Below, in pieces: positions 62,694 through 64,000 of a stretch of DNA of 64,000 bases. The notes beneath the pieces were generated by a model. The model was not told the origin of the DNA, ran no database searches, and saw nothing but the letters and a program-made list of their open reading frames with translations. The first letter of the stretch is position 1. Each line of letters begins with the position of its first letter. Source of the stretch: Candidatus Omnitrophota bacterium (GTDB taxonomy: Bacteria > Omnitrophota > Gorgyraeia > Gygaellales > Profunditerraquicolaceae). The stretch covers positions 426,041-490,040 of the forward strand of contig JAKLGJ010000001.1 of the NCBI GenBank assembly GCA_022710715.1. Direction: 5' to 3'. The translations under genes and the position numbers were made by a program.

Positions 62694-63889
62694 GTGTGCG
62701 TTTCGATCTGTTTATTCTCCCAGAAAAAATCGCTCACGGTAAATCCATGTTTTGCGCCCAGGGCGCGGATCTCTTCTATTTTCTGGGGCATGATGTTCCC
62801 CCTGCCCGAAGAGAAACTCTCATATCGTTTCTCCAGGTCGAGGATGATGCCTTCGGCAAACGCGCCGTACACCGTGTTTTGAGACGGCAGTCCCAGGTCG
62901 ACAGGGAAACAGAACGGCGATGGCGTCCGGGCCAGTCCGCCGGCAAAAATAAAAACATCCTCGCGCGTTTTTTTCTCTTCATGGTGAACGTTGCGCGGGT
63001 AACCGGCGTCGCAGACGATTGCGCCGGATTTGAACCATGTGAGGTCCAGGAATGACGCGGTGGCGCTGGCTACCGCGATGACGATGTCCGCATCTTTGAC
63101 TGCAGCCCGGTTATCGGTAGATATCGCGATTGCGGCTTTGTGTTTTTTCTTCAATTCAGCCTGGGCGCGGGTCAAATTGGTTTTTTTGACTCCGGTAATG
63201 GTCAAGTGTTTGACTTTTTCCGCGAAAACCCGGCTGCAGGCGCTGCCGATGTCCCCCGCTCCCCCCACGATGGTCATCTTGAGGTTATGCAGGTCTTTGT
63301 TCTGCGCCGCGGCGGCTTTGAGCACGCCGTCTATAATCATCGCTGCGGTAAAGGTATTGCCCGTGGTTACCGGGATATCCAGTTCCTGGCTGAAATCGTG
63401 CTCGATGCGTTGCAGAATGATCGAAGAAAATCCGAACAGGCAGACGATACCCATGCCGTGTTTTTCGGCTATTTTGCAGGCGCGCACGACCTTGGAAAGA
63501 ACGGCCCAGGAATCCTTTTCCAGCATATCCGGCATAAAGGTCGCCATAATGTAACAGCCGTTGATCGTCTGTCCGGATGCGGACCGGAAATCGGTGAAAT
63601 CGTAGAGTTTGAACGACGGGCTGGTATGGAACAGCTGGCTGATGAATTCAGGCGACGGCATGGTGAATTGCGGATTGAGCATGCTGAAACAGGTTTCCAG
63701 ATGTTTAAGATTATACGGATGGCCGACCAGGCCGACGCCGGCGAGTTTGTCGGTGTTGCCTTTTTTGTAACTGGAATAACGCAGCGAGATGAGCCGGTGT
63801 TCCAGCCCTTCCAGTATGGCCTCGAAATTGCGGGTGACCAGTTTTTTGAGATAGCCCTGAGCAAATTCTTTAATCGCCGGGATGCCCAC
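62690..63889 (-). CDS. Putative NAD(P)-binding dehydrogenase (Rossmann-fold; shikimate/saccharopine-dehydrogenase-like)
   Basis: Glycine-rich loop TIVGGAGDIGSA, and DIVIAVASA. The frame stays open upstream of the annotated GTG/ATG to the window edge (..WRFEDHPDGTRIAVDITFK), so the protein may be longer or fused. Confidence 0.4.
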   Translation of the reverse strand: MGIPAIKEFAQGYLKKLVTRNFEAILEGLEHRLISLRYSSYKKGNTDKLAGVGLVGHPYNLKHLETCFSMLNPQFTMPSPEFISQLFHTSPSFKLYDFTDFRSASGQTINGCYIMATFMPDMLEKDSWAVLSKVVRACKIAEKHGMGIVCLFGFSSIILQRIEHDFSQELDIPVTTGNTFTAAMIIDGVLKAAAAQNKDLHNLKMTIVGGAGDIGSACSRVFAEKVKHLTITGVKKTNLTRAQAELKKKHKAAIAISTDNRAAVKDADIVIAVASATASFLDLTWFKSGAIVCDAGYPRNVHHEEKKTREDVFIFAGGLARTPSPFCFPVDLGLPSQNTVYGAFAEGIILDLEKRYESFSSGRGNIMPQKIEEIRALGAKHGFTVSDFFWENKQIETHT

Positions 63890-64000
63890 CTTGAAAGTAA
63901 TATCGACGGCGATGCGGGTGCCGTCCGGATGGTCCTCGAACCGCCATTCGCCGCTGAAATCCTGCAGGTCTCCTTCCAGGGCGCGAAAATAGATCCTGTT

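Overview
A 64 kb window of about 55% GC, densely coded on both strands, from what looks like a Gram-negative (diderm) bacterium. Every product call below is inferred from reading translated motifs by eye; nothing was searched. Read left to right the window contains the following. (1) Three export-related proteins: a GspC-like protein, a hypothetical secreted protein, and a giant 1869-aa protein with a signal peptide, one internal TM helix and a long C-terminal tail. (2) A type II secretion-like operon, gspG-L-M-C(HR)-D-C(PDZ)-E-F, with no minor pseudopilins or prepilin peptidase in the window. (3) Directly downstream, an exosortase/EpsI pair, an AT-rich island with a candidate sigma-54 promoter, an EpsB-like sugar transferase that carries an in-frame PEP-CTERM-like module at its N-terminus, and four tandem small PEP-CTERM proteins. 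(4) A regulatory block made of a GAF histidine kinase, a sigma-54 response regulator, a GAF protein and rpoN; REP/MITE-like repeats and a 34-bp duplication of the rpoN 3' end lie next to it. (5) Three secreted proteins: a caspase-like His/Cys protein, an HExxH protein, and a tandem-repeat protein. The last two share a conserved 5' leader RNA element that is a riboswitch candidate. (6) A minus-strand operon of nine tightly packed genes: PilZ, a zinc-ribbon protein, PilZ, DUF4416, an M48 peptidase, an AmrS-like radical SAM enzyme, an acyl-CoA ligase, DUF2062 and a small protein. (7) A cobalamin riboswitch controlling a TonB-dependent receptor and TonB, next to cobO. (8) Glycolipid genes (GT2, LpxL-like acyltransferase, MGDG-synthase-like GT). 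(9) A type II PKS-like or aryl-polyene-like lipid cluster (FabG, a KS paired with a CLF-like KS that lacks the Cys/His/His triad, ACP, FabZ, a thioester-reductase-like protein, a nitroreductase). It is flanked by paralogous 7TM-GAF histidine kinase and receiver pairs and an HD-GYP protein. Many promoters of the form TTGACA-N16/17-TATACT, several with an extended -10, are recognisable.
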